Origin: SAR202 cluster bacterium
GTDB taxonomy: Bacteria; Chloroflexota; Dehalococcoidia; Lucifugimonadales; Australimonadaceae
Direction of reading: 5' to 3'
Assembly: GCA_016872415.1 (NCBI GenBank)
Contig: VGZX01000003.1
Location: 3,118-67,117 of the forward strand
Length of the DNA stretch: 64,000 bases
In this document: piece by piece, positions 49,435 to 58,709 of the stretch
Numbering within the stretch: the first letter of the stretch is position 1
How the letters are laid out: every line of letters begins with the position of its first letter
Notes under the pieces: model-generated
The model's input: the letters and a program-made list of their open reading frames with translations, nothing else
What the model was told of the DNA's origin: nothing
The model's database searches: none
Made by a program: the position numbers and the translations under genes

Positions 49435-51111
49435 ATGCTAATTCGAGACATCATTGCCCAGCGGCTGGCCGAGGCGGTGGAAGAGGCGCAACGCCAAGCC
49501 ATTCTGCCGTCGGCCGCGATGCCGGTCGTTCCGATCGAGCGCCCGGTGAACCCAGAGCATGGCGACTTCGCGTCCAGCCTGCCGCTGCGCCTCGCGCGCG
49601 TCGCACGCATGGCACCCCTGGAGATCGCGAACCGCCTTCAGCCGCTGGTGAAGACCGACGGCGTGATCGAGGCGGTGGAGGTCGCGCCCCCCGGTTTCCT
49701 CAACTTCCGGGTCACGTCGCGCTGGCTGCAGCAGCAGGCGGTGGACGCGGTGAAGGCGGGCGCGGCCTACGGCAACACGGACACTGGCAAGGGCAAGCGC
49801 GTGCAGGTCGAGTTCGTGAGCGTGAACCCCACCGGCCCCGTGCACGTGGGCCATGCCCGAGGCGCCGTGCTCGGCAGCGCGCTGGCGAATGCGCTGGCGG
49901 CCGCGGGGTTCGAGGTCACGCGCGAGTATTACATCAACGATGCGGGCACGCAGATGCGGCTCTTCGCCGAGTCGCTGTACGTCCGCTACGCGCAGGCCGC
50001 CGGAAGCGACGAACAGCTGCCCGAGGGGGGCTATCGCGGCGCCTATGTCACCGAGCTTGGGCAAGAGCTGGCGCGGCGGCATGGCGATCAGTTCCTGCGG
50101 ATGGACCGCGCCGCCGCCGTCAGCGAGATGCTGCGTATCGGCCTCGACTACATGATCGCCAACATCCGCGATGACCTGGCGAGCGTTGGCGTGCGGTTTG
50201 ACGTCTGGTTCAGCGAGCGATCGCTGTTCGACAGCAAACAGGTCGATGCGGCGATGCGGATGCTGCGCGACCGCGGCTACACCGCCGAGCGCGAAGGCGC
50301 GTTGTGGTTCACGTCGTCGCTGCTCGGCGAAGACAAGGACAACGTGCTGGTGCGCGGCACGGGCCAGCCGACCTACTTCGCCTCCGACATCGCCTACCAC
50401 TACAACAAGTTCGCGGCGCGCCAGTTCGACCGCGTCATCGATATTTGGGGGGCCGACCACCAGGGCCACGTGCCCCGCATGAAGGCGGTGGTGGGCGCGC
50501 TCGGCATCGACCCCGACCGTCTCACCATCATCATCTCGCAGCTCGTGACGTTGAAGCGCGGCGGCGAGGTGGTGCGCGCCTCGAAGCGCACGGGCGAGCT
50601 GGTCACCCTGCGCGAGCTGGTGGACGAGGTGGGCGCCGACGCCTGCCGCTTCTTCTTCCTTGCCCGCTCGGCCGAGGCGCAGATGGAGTTCGACCTGGAG
50701 CTGGCGAAAAAGCAGTCGGCCGAGAACCCAGTCTACTATGTGCAATACGCGCACGCGCGCATCGCGGGCATTCTGCGGCAGGCGGCCGAGCGCGGCGTGA
50801 CGTGGGCCGACGGCGACGTGTCGCTGCTGACGCACGAGGCGGAGTTGGCCCTGCTGCGCAAGATGGCGATGTTGCCCGAGATCGTCGACGGCATCGCGGT
50901 GACACTTGGCCCCCAGGCGCTGCCGCACTACGCGCTGGAGCTCGCCAACGCCTTCCACTGGTTCTATGACCACTGCCGCGTGCTGCCCAGCGACGACGGC
51001 AGCCTGCCGCTGGCGGTCACGAAGGCCCGCCTGCGGCTGTGCGAAGCCAGCAAGACCGTGCTCGCGCGCACGCTCGACCTCATGGGCATGAGCACGCCCG
51101 AGAAGATGTAG
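49435..51111 (+). CDS. argS: Arginyl-tRNA synthetase
   Basis: HGDFAS, PGFLNF, EFVSVNPTGPVHVGHARGA (HIGH-like), YFASDIAYH, WGADH, YVQYAHAR. Confidence 0.98.
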   Translation: MLIRDIIAQRLAEAVEEAQRQAILPSAAMPVVPIERPVNPEHGDFASSLPLRLARVARMAPLEIANRLQPLVKTDGVIEAVEVAPPGFLNFRVTSRWLQQQAVDAVKAGAAYGNTDTGKGKRVQVEFVSVNPTGPVHVGHARGAVLGSALANALAAAGFEVTREYYINDAGTQMRLFAESLYVRYAQAAGSDEQLPEGGYRGAYVTELGQELARRHGDQFLRMDRAAAVSEMLRIGLDYMIANIRDDLASVGVRFDVWFSERSLFDSKQVDAAMRMLRDRGYTAEREGALWFTSSLLGEDKDNVLVRGTGQPTYFASDIAYHYNKFAARQFDRVIDIWGADHQGHVPRMKAVVGALGIDPDRLTIIISQLVTLKRGGEVVRASKRTGELVTLRELVDEVGADACRFFFLARSAEAQMEFDLELAKKQSAENPVYYVQYAHARIAGILRQAAERGVTWADGDVSLLTHEAELALLRKMAMLPEIVDGIAVTLGPQALPHYALELANAFHWFYDHCRVLPSDDGSLPLAVTKARLRLCEASKTVLARTLDLMGMSTPEKM

Positions 51112-51188
51112 TCCCCGCCGCCCTCGCCTCGGCCAGCGCGGTCACGCGCCTCTGGCCCATCGCCCGCGTGTCCGTTAGGCTAACGCGC

Positions 51189-53720
51189 GTGACGACGCAA
51201 GCCCAACCCGACCGCCTGCGGGCCCTCCGGCGCATCCTGGCGCTGGAAGCCGACAACGGCTTCGCGAACAGGGCAGTGACGGGCGGGATCGACCGGTTCC
51301 TCCAAACGCTGGCCCGCGGCGCCGCCGACAACTTGGAGGTGCACCGCCTCGCCGCTGAGGGGCTGCTGTCGGCCGACTACGCCGCCCTGACGGCGGCTCA
51401 ACGCGAGCGCTGGGTGGAACGGGTACGGCACGTTATCGGCGACCCACCCTCGCCAACGCCGGCCGCCAAGCCGCCCGCGCCCGCGAAAACGAGTGCCGCG
51501 CCCGGTGGCGTTCCAACGCCGCCTGCACCGCCACCGGCGCCGGAAGTCGGCGACCCGGTCACGTCGCTGCGCTCGGTCACGAACCCCACCGCCGAAAAGC
51601 TGGTGAAGCTCGGCATACGCACCGTCCGCGACCTGCTGTACCACTTCCCCAACCGGCACTTGGATTACAGCCAGCGGCGGACCGTGGCGGCGCTGGAGAT
51701 CGACAGGGACCAGACCGTCGTCGTGACGCTGTGGGGCGCGCAAGAAACGCGCCTCGGCCGCGGCGGCCGCATCCGCGCGACGGAGGCCGACGTCGGCGAC
51801 GAAACGGGCAACATGCGCGTGCTGTGGTGGGGCAATCCTTGGCTGGCGCAGCAGTTCAAGCGGGCGGCCGAACGGCCGGCCGGCGCGCCGGTGCGGTTGG
51901 CGCTCGCGGGCACGGTGACGGCGTTCCAGGGCAAGAAGCGCATGGAGTCGCCGGAGTGGGATATCCTCGACGACGTTGAGACCGCCCGGCTCGTGAACAC
52001 CGGCCGCCTGCTGCCCGTGTACCCGCTGACCGAGGGCGTGCCGCAGCGCACCATGCGCCGCATCGTCCGCGATGCGCTCGACGGCGTGTTCGGCCCGGAG
52101 GGAAGGCGTCGCCCGGACCATTTGCCCGACCACATGTCGCCCGCCGACCGGCAACGGCTGTCGCTGCCGTCGTTGGGCGAGGCGGTGCTGCATCTCCACT
52201 ATCCGCCGTCGCTCGATGCTTTCGAGCGCGCGCGGCAGCGGTTGGCGTTCGACGAGCTGCTCGTGCTGCAGCTGGCGATGGCGACGCGGCGACAGGTGGC
52301 GCAGACGGCCAGTGGCATACCGTTGCGCCCCAATCCGGAGGTCGTGCGAGCGTTCGTCGAGACGCTGCCCTTCAACCTCACGGAGGGCCAGCGCAAGGCC
52401 ATGGCCGAGGCCAGCCGCGACATGGAGACGGCGGAGCGGCCCATGAGCCGGCTGCTCCAGGGCGATGTCGGCAGCGGCAAGACGGTGGTCGCGGTGGCAT
52501 TGCTGCTGACCGCCGTGGCGGACGGCTACCAGGGCGCGCTGATGGCGCCAACCGAGGTGTTGGCCGAGCAACACTTCATCAACGTCGAGCGGTTGTTGAG
52601 CGGCCTCAGCCAGCCCGCTCACCACAGTCACTGGTTCTCCGTGTACGTCGACGGCCACCCGAAGCCGGTGAGCGTGGGCCTGCTCACGGGCAGCACGCCA
52701 GCAAAGGCGCGGCGCGAACTGCAGGCGCGCGCGGCCGATGGCACCCTCGACATCCTGATCGGCACGCACGCGCTCATTCAGGGCGACGTGGAGATACCGC
52801 GCCTGGCGTTGGCCGTGGTCGACGAGCAGCACCGTTTCGGCGTGCTGCAGCGGGCGGCCCTGCGGCAGCGTGGCGCGCTTGGCGTGGGCGAGCCGCACCT
52901 GCTGGTGATGTCGGCGACGCCGATTCCGCGGACGCTGGCCCTGACGCTCTATGGCGACCTGGACGTGTCGGTGATGCCGGAGTTGCCGGCGGGCCGCCAG
53001 GCGATCATGACGCGGATCGTGGAGCCGGGCCAGCGCGACCGCGCGGAGCGGTTCGTGGTCGAGCAGGTGTCGCAAGGCCGCCAGGCGTTCATCGTGTGCC
53101 CGCTGATCGAGGAGTCGGAGGCGGTGCAGGCGCGCGCCGCGACGGAAGAGTACGAGCGGTTGCGGACGACGTCGCTGCGGGATGTGCGGGTGGGCCTGCT
53201 GCACGGCCGCATGCCAATCGCCGAGAAGCAGTCGGTGATGGATGCGTTCCGCGCGCGCGCGATCGACGTGCTCGTGGCGACGCCGGTGATCGAGGTGGGC
53301 ATCGACGTGCCGAACGCGACGGTCATGCTCATTGAGGGCGGCGACCGCTTCGGCCTGTCGCAGATGCACCAGCTGCGTGGGCGGGTGGGGCGCGGCGCGC
53401 ACCAAAGCTACTGCTTCCTGCTGACCGACTCGGATTCATTCGAGGCGCGCGAGCGGCTCCAGGTGTTGGTGCGGAGCGCTAACGGCTTCGAGATCGCCGA
53501 GGCCGATCTGCGGCTGCGTGGCCCGGGCGACTTCTTCGGGACGCGGCAGTCGGGCCTGCCGACGCTGCGCGTGGCGAAGTTGTCCGACCGCGACATTCTG
53601 GAGCGGGCCCGCGAGGAGGCCAGGCAGATCGTCGCGCGCGACCCATCGCTGCGGCGGCAGCCGGCGCTTGCCGCGGCGGTCGAGCGCTACATTGAGACGG
53701 CCGCCGACGAAGTGAGCTAG
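51189..53720 (+). CDS. recG: ATP-dependent DNA helicase RecG
   Basis: RLLQGDVGSGKT, MAPTEVLAEQH, VDEQHRFG, MSATPIPRTLAL, QLRGRVGRG, DLRLRGPG; start estimated at GTG 51189. Confidence 0.97.
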   Translation: MTTQAQPDRLRALRRILALEADNGFANRAVTGGIDRFLQTLARGAADNLEVHRLAAEGLLSADYAALTAAQRERWVERVRHVIGDPPSPTPAAKPPAPAKTSAAPGGVPTPPAPPPAPEVGDPVTSLRSVTNPTAEKLVKLGIRTVRDLLYHFPNRHLDYSQRRTVAALEIDRDQTVVVTLWGAQETRLGRGGRIRATEADVGDETGNMRVLWWGNPWLAQQFKRAAERPAGAPVRLALAGTVTAFQGKKRMESPEWDILDDVETARLVNTGRLLPVYPLTEGVPQRTMRRIVRDALDGVFGPEGRRRPDHLPDHMSPADRQRLSLPSLGEAVLHLHYPPSLDAFERARQRLAFDELLVLQLAMATRRQVAQTASGIPLRPNPEVVRAFVETLPFNLTEGQRKAMAEASRDMETAERPMSRLLQGDVGSGKTVVAVALLLTAVADGYQGALMAPTEVLAEQHFINVERLLSGLSQPAHHSHWFSVYVDGHPKPVSVGLLTGSTPAKARRELQARAADGTLDILIGTHALIQGDVEIPRLALAVVDEQHRFGVLQRAALRQRGALGVGEPHLLVMSATPIPRTLALTLYGDLDVSVMPELPAGRQAIMTRIVEPGQRDRAERFVVEQVSQGRQAFIVCPLIEESEAVQARAATEEYERLRTTSLRDVRVGLLHGRMPIAEKQSVMDAFRARAIDVLVATPVIEVGIDVPNATVMLIEGGDRFGLSQMHQLRGRVGRGAHQSYCFLLTDSDSFEARERLQVLVRSANGFEIAEADLRLRGPGDFFGTRQSGLPTLRVAKLSDRDILERAREEARQIVARDPSLRRQPALAAAVERYIETAADEVS

Positions 53721-53726
53721 GCTTCC

Positions 53727-53746
53727 GCGCGGCGGCGCCGCCGCGC
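53727..53746. repeat. Perfect 20-bp GC palindrome between recG and tRNA-Ser
   Basis: GCGCGGCGGCGCCGCCGCGC, 7 nt after the recG stop; possible terminator hairpin. Confidence 0.45.
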
Positions 53747-53797
53747 CGATGCCATTTGCGACGCACGACACGCGGTCGCTATCATGATCGAGGCGCC

Positions 53798-53887
53798 GGA
53801 GGGATGGCAGAGCGGACGATTGCGACAGTCTTGAAAACTGTTGTAGCCGCAAGGCTACCGTGGGTTCGAATCCCACTCCCTCCGCCA
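53798..53887 (+). tRNA. tRNA-Ser(UGA)
   Basis: GGAGGGATGGCAGAGCGG...ACAGTCTTGAAAACTGT...long variable arm...GGTTCGAATCCCACTCCCTCCGCCA; 90 nt. Confidence 0.97.
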
Positions 53888-53928
53888 ACCGCTTAGGGTT
53901 CGAGCCGTCACCTTCCCCGCGAGTCGAT

Positions 53929-55197
53929 GTGCAACAGATACAACCCGCCCGCTCGTCGCGTGTCTACTACGGATGGGTCATCGTCGGCGTCACCTTCGTC
54001 GGCGGGTTCTTCACCAGCGTCGGCAGCGTGTGGGCCATCGGCCAGTTCGCGCAGCCGATGGGAAGCGATCTCGGCTGGACGCGATCGCAGATATTCCTGG
54101 CCCTCACCATCCGCACCTTGCTCAGCGCCGTCGCCGGCCCGCTGCTCGAACCGTTCCTCGACCGCCGCAATGGCGCGCGCTATATCTCGCTGCTCAGCGC
54201 CGCCGCCATGGGCGTCTCCTTCCTGGGCATCCGCTGGGTCGACGCCGTGTGGCAGTTCTACCTGCTGTTCGGCGTGCTCGGCGCGCTCACGCAAGCCGGC
54301 TCGGGCTACGTGGTCGCCATCACGACGATCCCGAAGTGGTTCGTGCGTAACCGCAGCCGCGCGCTGGGCGTGGCGCTCATGGGCACGGGGTTCGGGGCCT
54401 ATGGCGTGTTCCCCGTGCAGGCCGCCATCTCCGGCCTGGGCTGGCGCGATGCGTGGTTCGCCCTCGGCATCGTCACGCTGGCGCTGCTCGTCCCCGCGAG
54501 CCTATTGCTCCGCACGCGCCCCGAGGACATGGGCCTGCTGCCCGACAACGCGAGCGCGAGCGGCGATGGCTCCCCCGCCGCCAAGGCACGCCGCCGCCCC
54601 GACGAGCGCAGCCTCACGCGCGGGCAGGCCACGCGCACGTCAGCGTTTTGGCTCGTCATGGCGGTGTTCGCGTTCGTGGGCTTCGGGCTGCCCGGCTGGC
54701 AGGCGAACTGGACATCCTTCCTCACGGACCGTGGCTACACCGCCGGCGACGCATCGGTTGCCTACCTGATGTACGGCACGTTCTCCATGCTGGCGCGCGT
54801 CGCCTGGGGCTGGCTCGGCGACCGCTTCGCCGTGGGGCATCTCCTCGTCGCGTGCACCGTGCTCACGGGAGCTTGCGTGTTGGTCATGCTGCACATCTCC
54901 GGCATGCCCGCGTTGGTCGCGTACATGGCGGCGACCGGCTTCGGCGTCGGCGGTTGGGTGCTGTTGGGACCGCTGCTGGTGGCGGACTACTTTGGGCGCG
55001 CGAACCTGGGAGCGGTCGGCAGCCTGCTGCGGCCGGCCTCCACGGTGGCGACCGCCGCGGGCCCGGTCGCCATCGCGCTGGTTTATGATGCGTCGGGCGG
55101 GTACACGTGGGCATGGATGATGGTGGCGGCCGCCTGGTTCGCGGCCGCGGCAACCGTGCTGCTCGCGCGGCCGCCCCGCCCGAACGCCGGCGCCTGA
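53929..55197 (+). CDS. MFS transporter (OFA/MCT-like)
   Basis: YYGWVIV, KWFVRNRSRALG, GWLGDRF, VADYFGRANLG; about 12 TM. Start estimated. Confidence 0.9.
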   Translation: MQQIQPARSSRVYYGWVIVGVTFVGGFFTSVGSVWAIGQFAQPMGSDLGWTRSQIFLALTIRTLLSAVAGPLLEPFLDRRNGARYISLLSAAAMGVSFLGIRWVDAVWQFYLLFGVLGALTQAGSGYVVAITTIPKWFVRNRSRALGVALMGTGFGAYGVFPVQAAISGLGWRDAWFALGIVTLALLVPASLLLRTRPEDMGLLPDNASASGDGSPAAKARRRPDERSLTRGQATRTSAFWLVMAVFAFVGFGLPGWQANWTSFLTDRGYTAGDASVAYLMYGTFSMLARVAWGWLGDRFAVGHLLVACTVLTGACVLVMLHISGMPALVAYMAATGFGVGGWVLLGPLLVADYFGRANLGAVGSLLRPASTVATAAGPVAIALVYDASGGYTWAWMMVAAAWFAAAATVLLARPPRPNAGA

Positions 55198-55226
55198 GCC
55201 GCGTTCGCGGCCCTACCGAGGCTCGC

Positions 55227-55796
55227 ATGCGACACGCCGGCTTCACGATCGAGACGTTCGACGCCGACGATGCCAGCGCGGTGGAGCAAGCCGCCGCCAT
55301 CTTGCACGCGGAGATTGGGCCGCCCCGCCATGCGGGCTTCGGTTCCCTCGCCGGCGCGCGGGATGAGGTGCGAGACTGTCTTGCCGACGGCCGGCACGCG
55401 TTCCTCGCGCGCGCCGCCAACGGCGACATCCTGGGGTGGGCCGGCGCGCGGCCGGAATATGACGGCCACGTGTGGGAGTTGCACCCGCTCGTCGTGCGCC
55501 GGGACGCGCAGCGACGCGGCATCGGCACGGCATTGGTCGCCGCCGTCGAATCGCTGGCCCGCGACAAGGGTGGGCTCACGCTGCTGCTCGGCGCCGACGA
55601 CGAAGACTTCCGCTCATCGCTCGGCGGCGTCGACCTTTATGATGCCCTGCCCGCGCGACTGGCAGCGGCCTCCACCGACCGCGACCACCCGATCGCGTTC
55701 TATACGCGCATCGGCTTCACCATCGTGGGCGTCATCCCCGACGCTAACGGGCGCAGGAAGCCGGACATCCTTCTCGCCAAACGGTTGCGGCCATGA
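55227..55796 (+). CDS. GNAT acetyltransferase similar to aminoglycoside 6'-N-acetyltransferases AAC(6')-Ia/Ii
   Basis: WELHPLVV, QRRGIG, LG.DDE...SSL, HP..FY..IGF.IVGVIP.ANG..KPDI motifs. Confidence 0.85.
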   Translation: MRHAGFTIETFDADDASAVEQAAAILHAEIGPPRHAGFGSLAGARDEVRDCLADGRHAFLARAANGDILGWAGARPEYDGHVWELHPLVVRRDAQRRGIGTALVAAVESLARDKGGLTLLLGADDEDFRSSLGGVDLYDALPARLAAASTDRDHPIAFYTRIGFTIVGVIPDANGRRKPDILLAKRLRP

Positions 55797-55973
55797 CCCA
55801 CCATGCCGCCGCGTTCGACCCGTTCGTAACGCTCGTGAGTGGGGCAACGTGCCCGGCGGATCCGCCGCGGAGTTGCGGGAAGGGCGTCCTCGCTCGCCCA
55901 CGCCGCGCGGGAGCCTGACCGTAAGCCATTACTTAAATTACAATGCCGCACATTGCATGCCAGGAGGCGCGCG

Positions 55974-56381
55974 ATGCCTGACTCTATCGAAGTGTCCCAG
56001 ATGATTCCCGCCACGCCGGACGAGATTTACGAGGCGTGGCTGGACGCCGACAAGCACGCGGAGATGACCGGCGGCGGCGCGACATGCGATGCCCGCGTCG
56101 GCGGCAAATTCACCGCATGGGACGACTACATCTCGGGCACCATCCTCGAGTTGGAGCCGGGCAAGCGCATCGTGCAAGCGTGGCGCACCACTGAGTTCCC
56201 CGCCCGGTCGAAAGATTCGCGCCTCGAAATCGTCCTCGAGGCGGTGAAGGGCGGCACCCGCGTCACGCTGCGGCATTCCAACATTCCCAAGGGCCAAGGC
56301 CCCAGCTACGAGCAGGGCTGGACCGACTACTATTTCGCGCCGATGCTCGAATACTTCGGCGCCGAGATCGACGTGGACTGA
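55974..56381 (+). CDS. SRPBCC/AHSA1-like protein
   Basis: ATPDEIYEAW, GGKF.AWD, IVQAWR, GTRVTLRH..IP, GW..YYF; AGGAGG RBS. Confidence 0.88.
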   Translation: MPDSIEVSQMIPATPDEIYEAWLDADKHAEMTGGGATCDARVGGKFTAWDDYISGTILELEPGKRIVQAWRTTEFPARSKDSRLEIVLEAVKGGTRVTLRHSNIPKGQGPSYEQGWTDYYFAPMLEYFGAEIDVD

Positions 56382-56484
56382 ACTCCGCTCCGTCGCCTCC
56401 AACGGGTGCCGCGCTCGCTTGCGCGCCGGCACGCAGCCGGTTTGCATGCCGTCCCTCACGACGCCCCCACCGCCCAATGCGTAA

Positions 56485-57129
56485 ATGGTAGGCGACGGGG
56501 AGTGCGTCCACGAAACAGGCGCTCCCGGTCGAGGGGGCACCTTGCTCGGCGCGTTGCGAAAGGCGGCCGCGCGGCGAACGGTGGAGTGCACCGACACCGG
56601 TGTCGCCGTCGTGCGCGTGTCCTTGTATTCCATCTGCGTCCTGCTGCTGTTGAGCCAGCGCGACGCGGTGCCCGCGTGGGACTCGTTCTACTGGCTCACC
56701 GTTGGACTCGGCCTCACCAGCATCACGCTGCTGTTCTGGGCGCGGTCGCGCGGCGCGAACGCGGCGCTGACCGTGAGCACCGGCCTCGACCTGCTGTTGC
56801 TCTTCACGGCCACGTTCGTCATCGCGTGGGGCACCGCCGGCGGCACGATGCCGGTGGGCTTCGGTGAGTTGGTGCTGGTGCTGGCCGTGCCGGTGTGCGT
56901 GCTGCACTTCGGCCCGCTCATGGGGCTCGCATCGTCGAGCGTGCTCGGCGCATGGCACTTTCTCACCCACGCGCAGATCGCCCGCCCGCAGGACAGCATG
57001 GGCATACCGCTCATCGGCGGGATGGCCGCGCTCGGCGTGGGCGCGCTCATCGCCCTCATGGTGACGGCCATGCGGCACGAGCATGCCCTCCGCGCCGAGG
57101 CGGAGTTCCAGGCCGGTTACGAGGGCTAA
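56485..57129 (+). CDS. Hypothetical multi-pass membrane protein
   Basis: Five to six hydrophobic segments; no recognised motif. Confidence 0.55.
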   Translation: MVGDGECVHETGAPGRGGTLLGALRKAAARRTVECTDTGVAVVRVSLYSICVLLLLSQRDAVPAWDSFYWLTVGLGLTSITLLFWARSRGANAALTVSTGLDLLLLFTATFVIAWGTAGGTMPVGFGELVLVLAVPVCVLHFGPLMGLASSSVLGAWHFLTHAQIARPQDSMGIPLIGGMAALGVGALIALMVTAMRHEHALRAEAEFQAGYEG

Positions 57130-58517
57130 CCGCCCGTTTCCCGCTCGGCCCGGGATGGCCGCGAGCGCCGCGCGATGAGAGCGGACGTCGGCAGCGCGAC
57201 GGCGGCGAAGAACGCCAGCATCACGCCCAACGACTGCGTGAAGGCCGCGGCGATGCCCCCCGCCAAGAACAAGCCCAGCAGCGTCGCCGCGAGCGCCCCG
57301 CCGATCGAGTTCGATCCGTGCCCGGTCAGCACGAACACCGCCGGCGCGAGGCTCAACTTCTCCGCCGGGACCGACGAGAAGATGATGCGTTGGTTCGGCG
57401 GTATGAACATGCTGAACCCGGAGCCCACGACGAACAGCGAGACGACGATGCGCCACGGCGGCGGCTCCTCGCCGAGCGTCACGAGTAGGGCGCACCCGAC
57501 GATCATCAGCACGATGGCCGCCAGCGCCGGCTTGCCCGGCCCCACGCGGTCCGCCAGGTAGCCGGAGATGGGGCCCATCACCGGTCTCCCAATGGTGAAC
57601 GCCACCAGCACCAGGCCCGCGTGCGACCCGCTCCAGCCGAGCCCCTGCACGAAGTAAAACGGCAGCAGGGTGTTGAGCGTCGCCAGCAACAGGGCGCCCG
57701 CGACTTGCCTGCCGATGGTGAGCCCGAAGATGCCACCCTTGAACAGGCCCAGGTCGATGAGCGGGCGAGGGCTGCGTCGCTCGTTGAGGATGAACGCGGC
57801 GCCCGATACGATCGCCGCGCCGAGCAGCGCGAGACCGAGCGCCCGCGTGCCGGCGGCGGCGAAGCGCTGCGCGCCCAGCGTGAGCGCGGCGAGGAATCCG
57901 CCGATGAAGACGACGCCGAGGTAGTCGAACGTGCGGAGCGAGAAGCGTTCGTTCCCGGTGGTCGACGATTCCTTCGCCACGAGGAACACGACGAGCCACA
58001 GCAGCGCGTACATGAACGCGGTGATGAGCAGCAGGTAGCGCCAGCCGAAATTGTCGGCCACCACGCCCACGACGAGCGTTTGCGCGACTTGCCCGATGCC
58101 AATGCCGATGGACATGAGGCCGAGCACCTGGCCTCGACGCTCACGGGGCCACGCGACGACCGCGAGCGGCGGGAGGTTCGACACGGTGATCGCGTTGCCG
58201 ATGCCGCCGATGGCCCGTATCGCCACCAGCATGGAGAACGACGGCGCCAGAAACAGGCCGAGCTGCGACAGCATGTCGATCGCCACGCCGAACAGCACGA
58301 GCCTGCGCCGTCCAAGCGTGTTGCCGAGGAACGCCATCGGCAACAGCATCGCCGCCGTCGTCAGCGTATAGGCGATATACATCCAGATAACGGTGGTGCG
58401 CGCGACCTCCAGGTCAGCCTGGATGAACGGCAGCAGCAGCAACATGCCGACGATGTGCATCGGCCCGGCGATATCGAAGAGCCACTGGGTCAGCAGGATC
58501 CGGGCGCGATAGGACAA
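57126..58517 (-). CDS. MFS transporter (DHA2/EmrB-like, about 14 TM)
   Basis: GNTLGRRR motif A, RAIGGIG, ERRGQVLG, FDYLG, PLIDLGLFK. Confidence 0.88.
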   Translation of the reverse strand: MSYRARILLTQWLFDIAGPMHIVGMLLLLPFIQADLEVARTTVIWMYIAYTLTTAAMLLPMAFLGNTLGRRRLVLFGVAIDMLSQLGLFLAPSFSMLVAIRAIGGIGNAITVSNLPPLAVVAWPRERRGQVLGLMSIGIGIGQVAQTLVVGVVADNFGWRYLLLITAFMYALLWLVVFLVAKESSTTGNERFSLRTFDYLGVVFIGGFLAALTLGAQRFAAAGTRALGLALLGAAIVSGAAFILNERRSPRPLIDLGLFKGGIFGLTIGRQVAGALLLATLNTLLPFYFVQGLGWSGSHAGLVLVAFTIGRPVMGPISGYLADRVGPGKPALAAIVLMIVGCALLVTLGEEPPPWRIVVSLFVVGSGFSMFIPPNQRIIFSSVPAEKLSLAPAVFVLTGHGSNSIGGALAATLLGLFLAGGIAAAFTQSLGVMLAFFAAVALPTSALIARRSRPSRAERETGG

Positions 58518-58709
58518 GGGCGCGGCACCCCTATCTCACGGCGGATAGTCAAAAAGCCGTCAAACATCGTAGCACTCTCGGCTTTCACGGCCTGCCGCCG
58601 CCCGCGGCTTTACACCCATCCACAACAGCGATACCGTCACCGGCGCGGCGCTTGCGGCGGCCGGGGCCGCGGGCCGGCTGACCGACAATCTTTCGCCAGG
58701 GCGTGTGCA

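Noticed and set aside
57621-58709. N-terminal extension of the 782-aa LVIVD ORF
   Set aside because: Antisense to the MFS gene; repeats begin only after ATG 58710.
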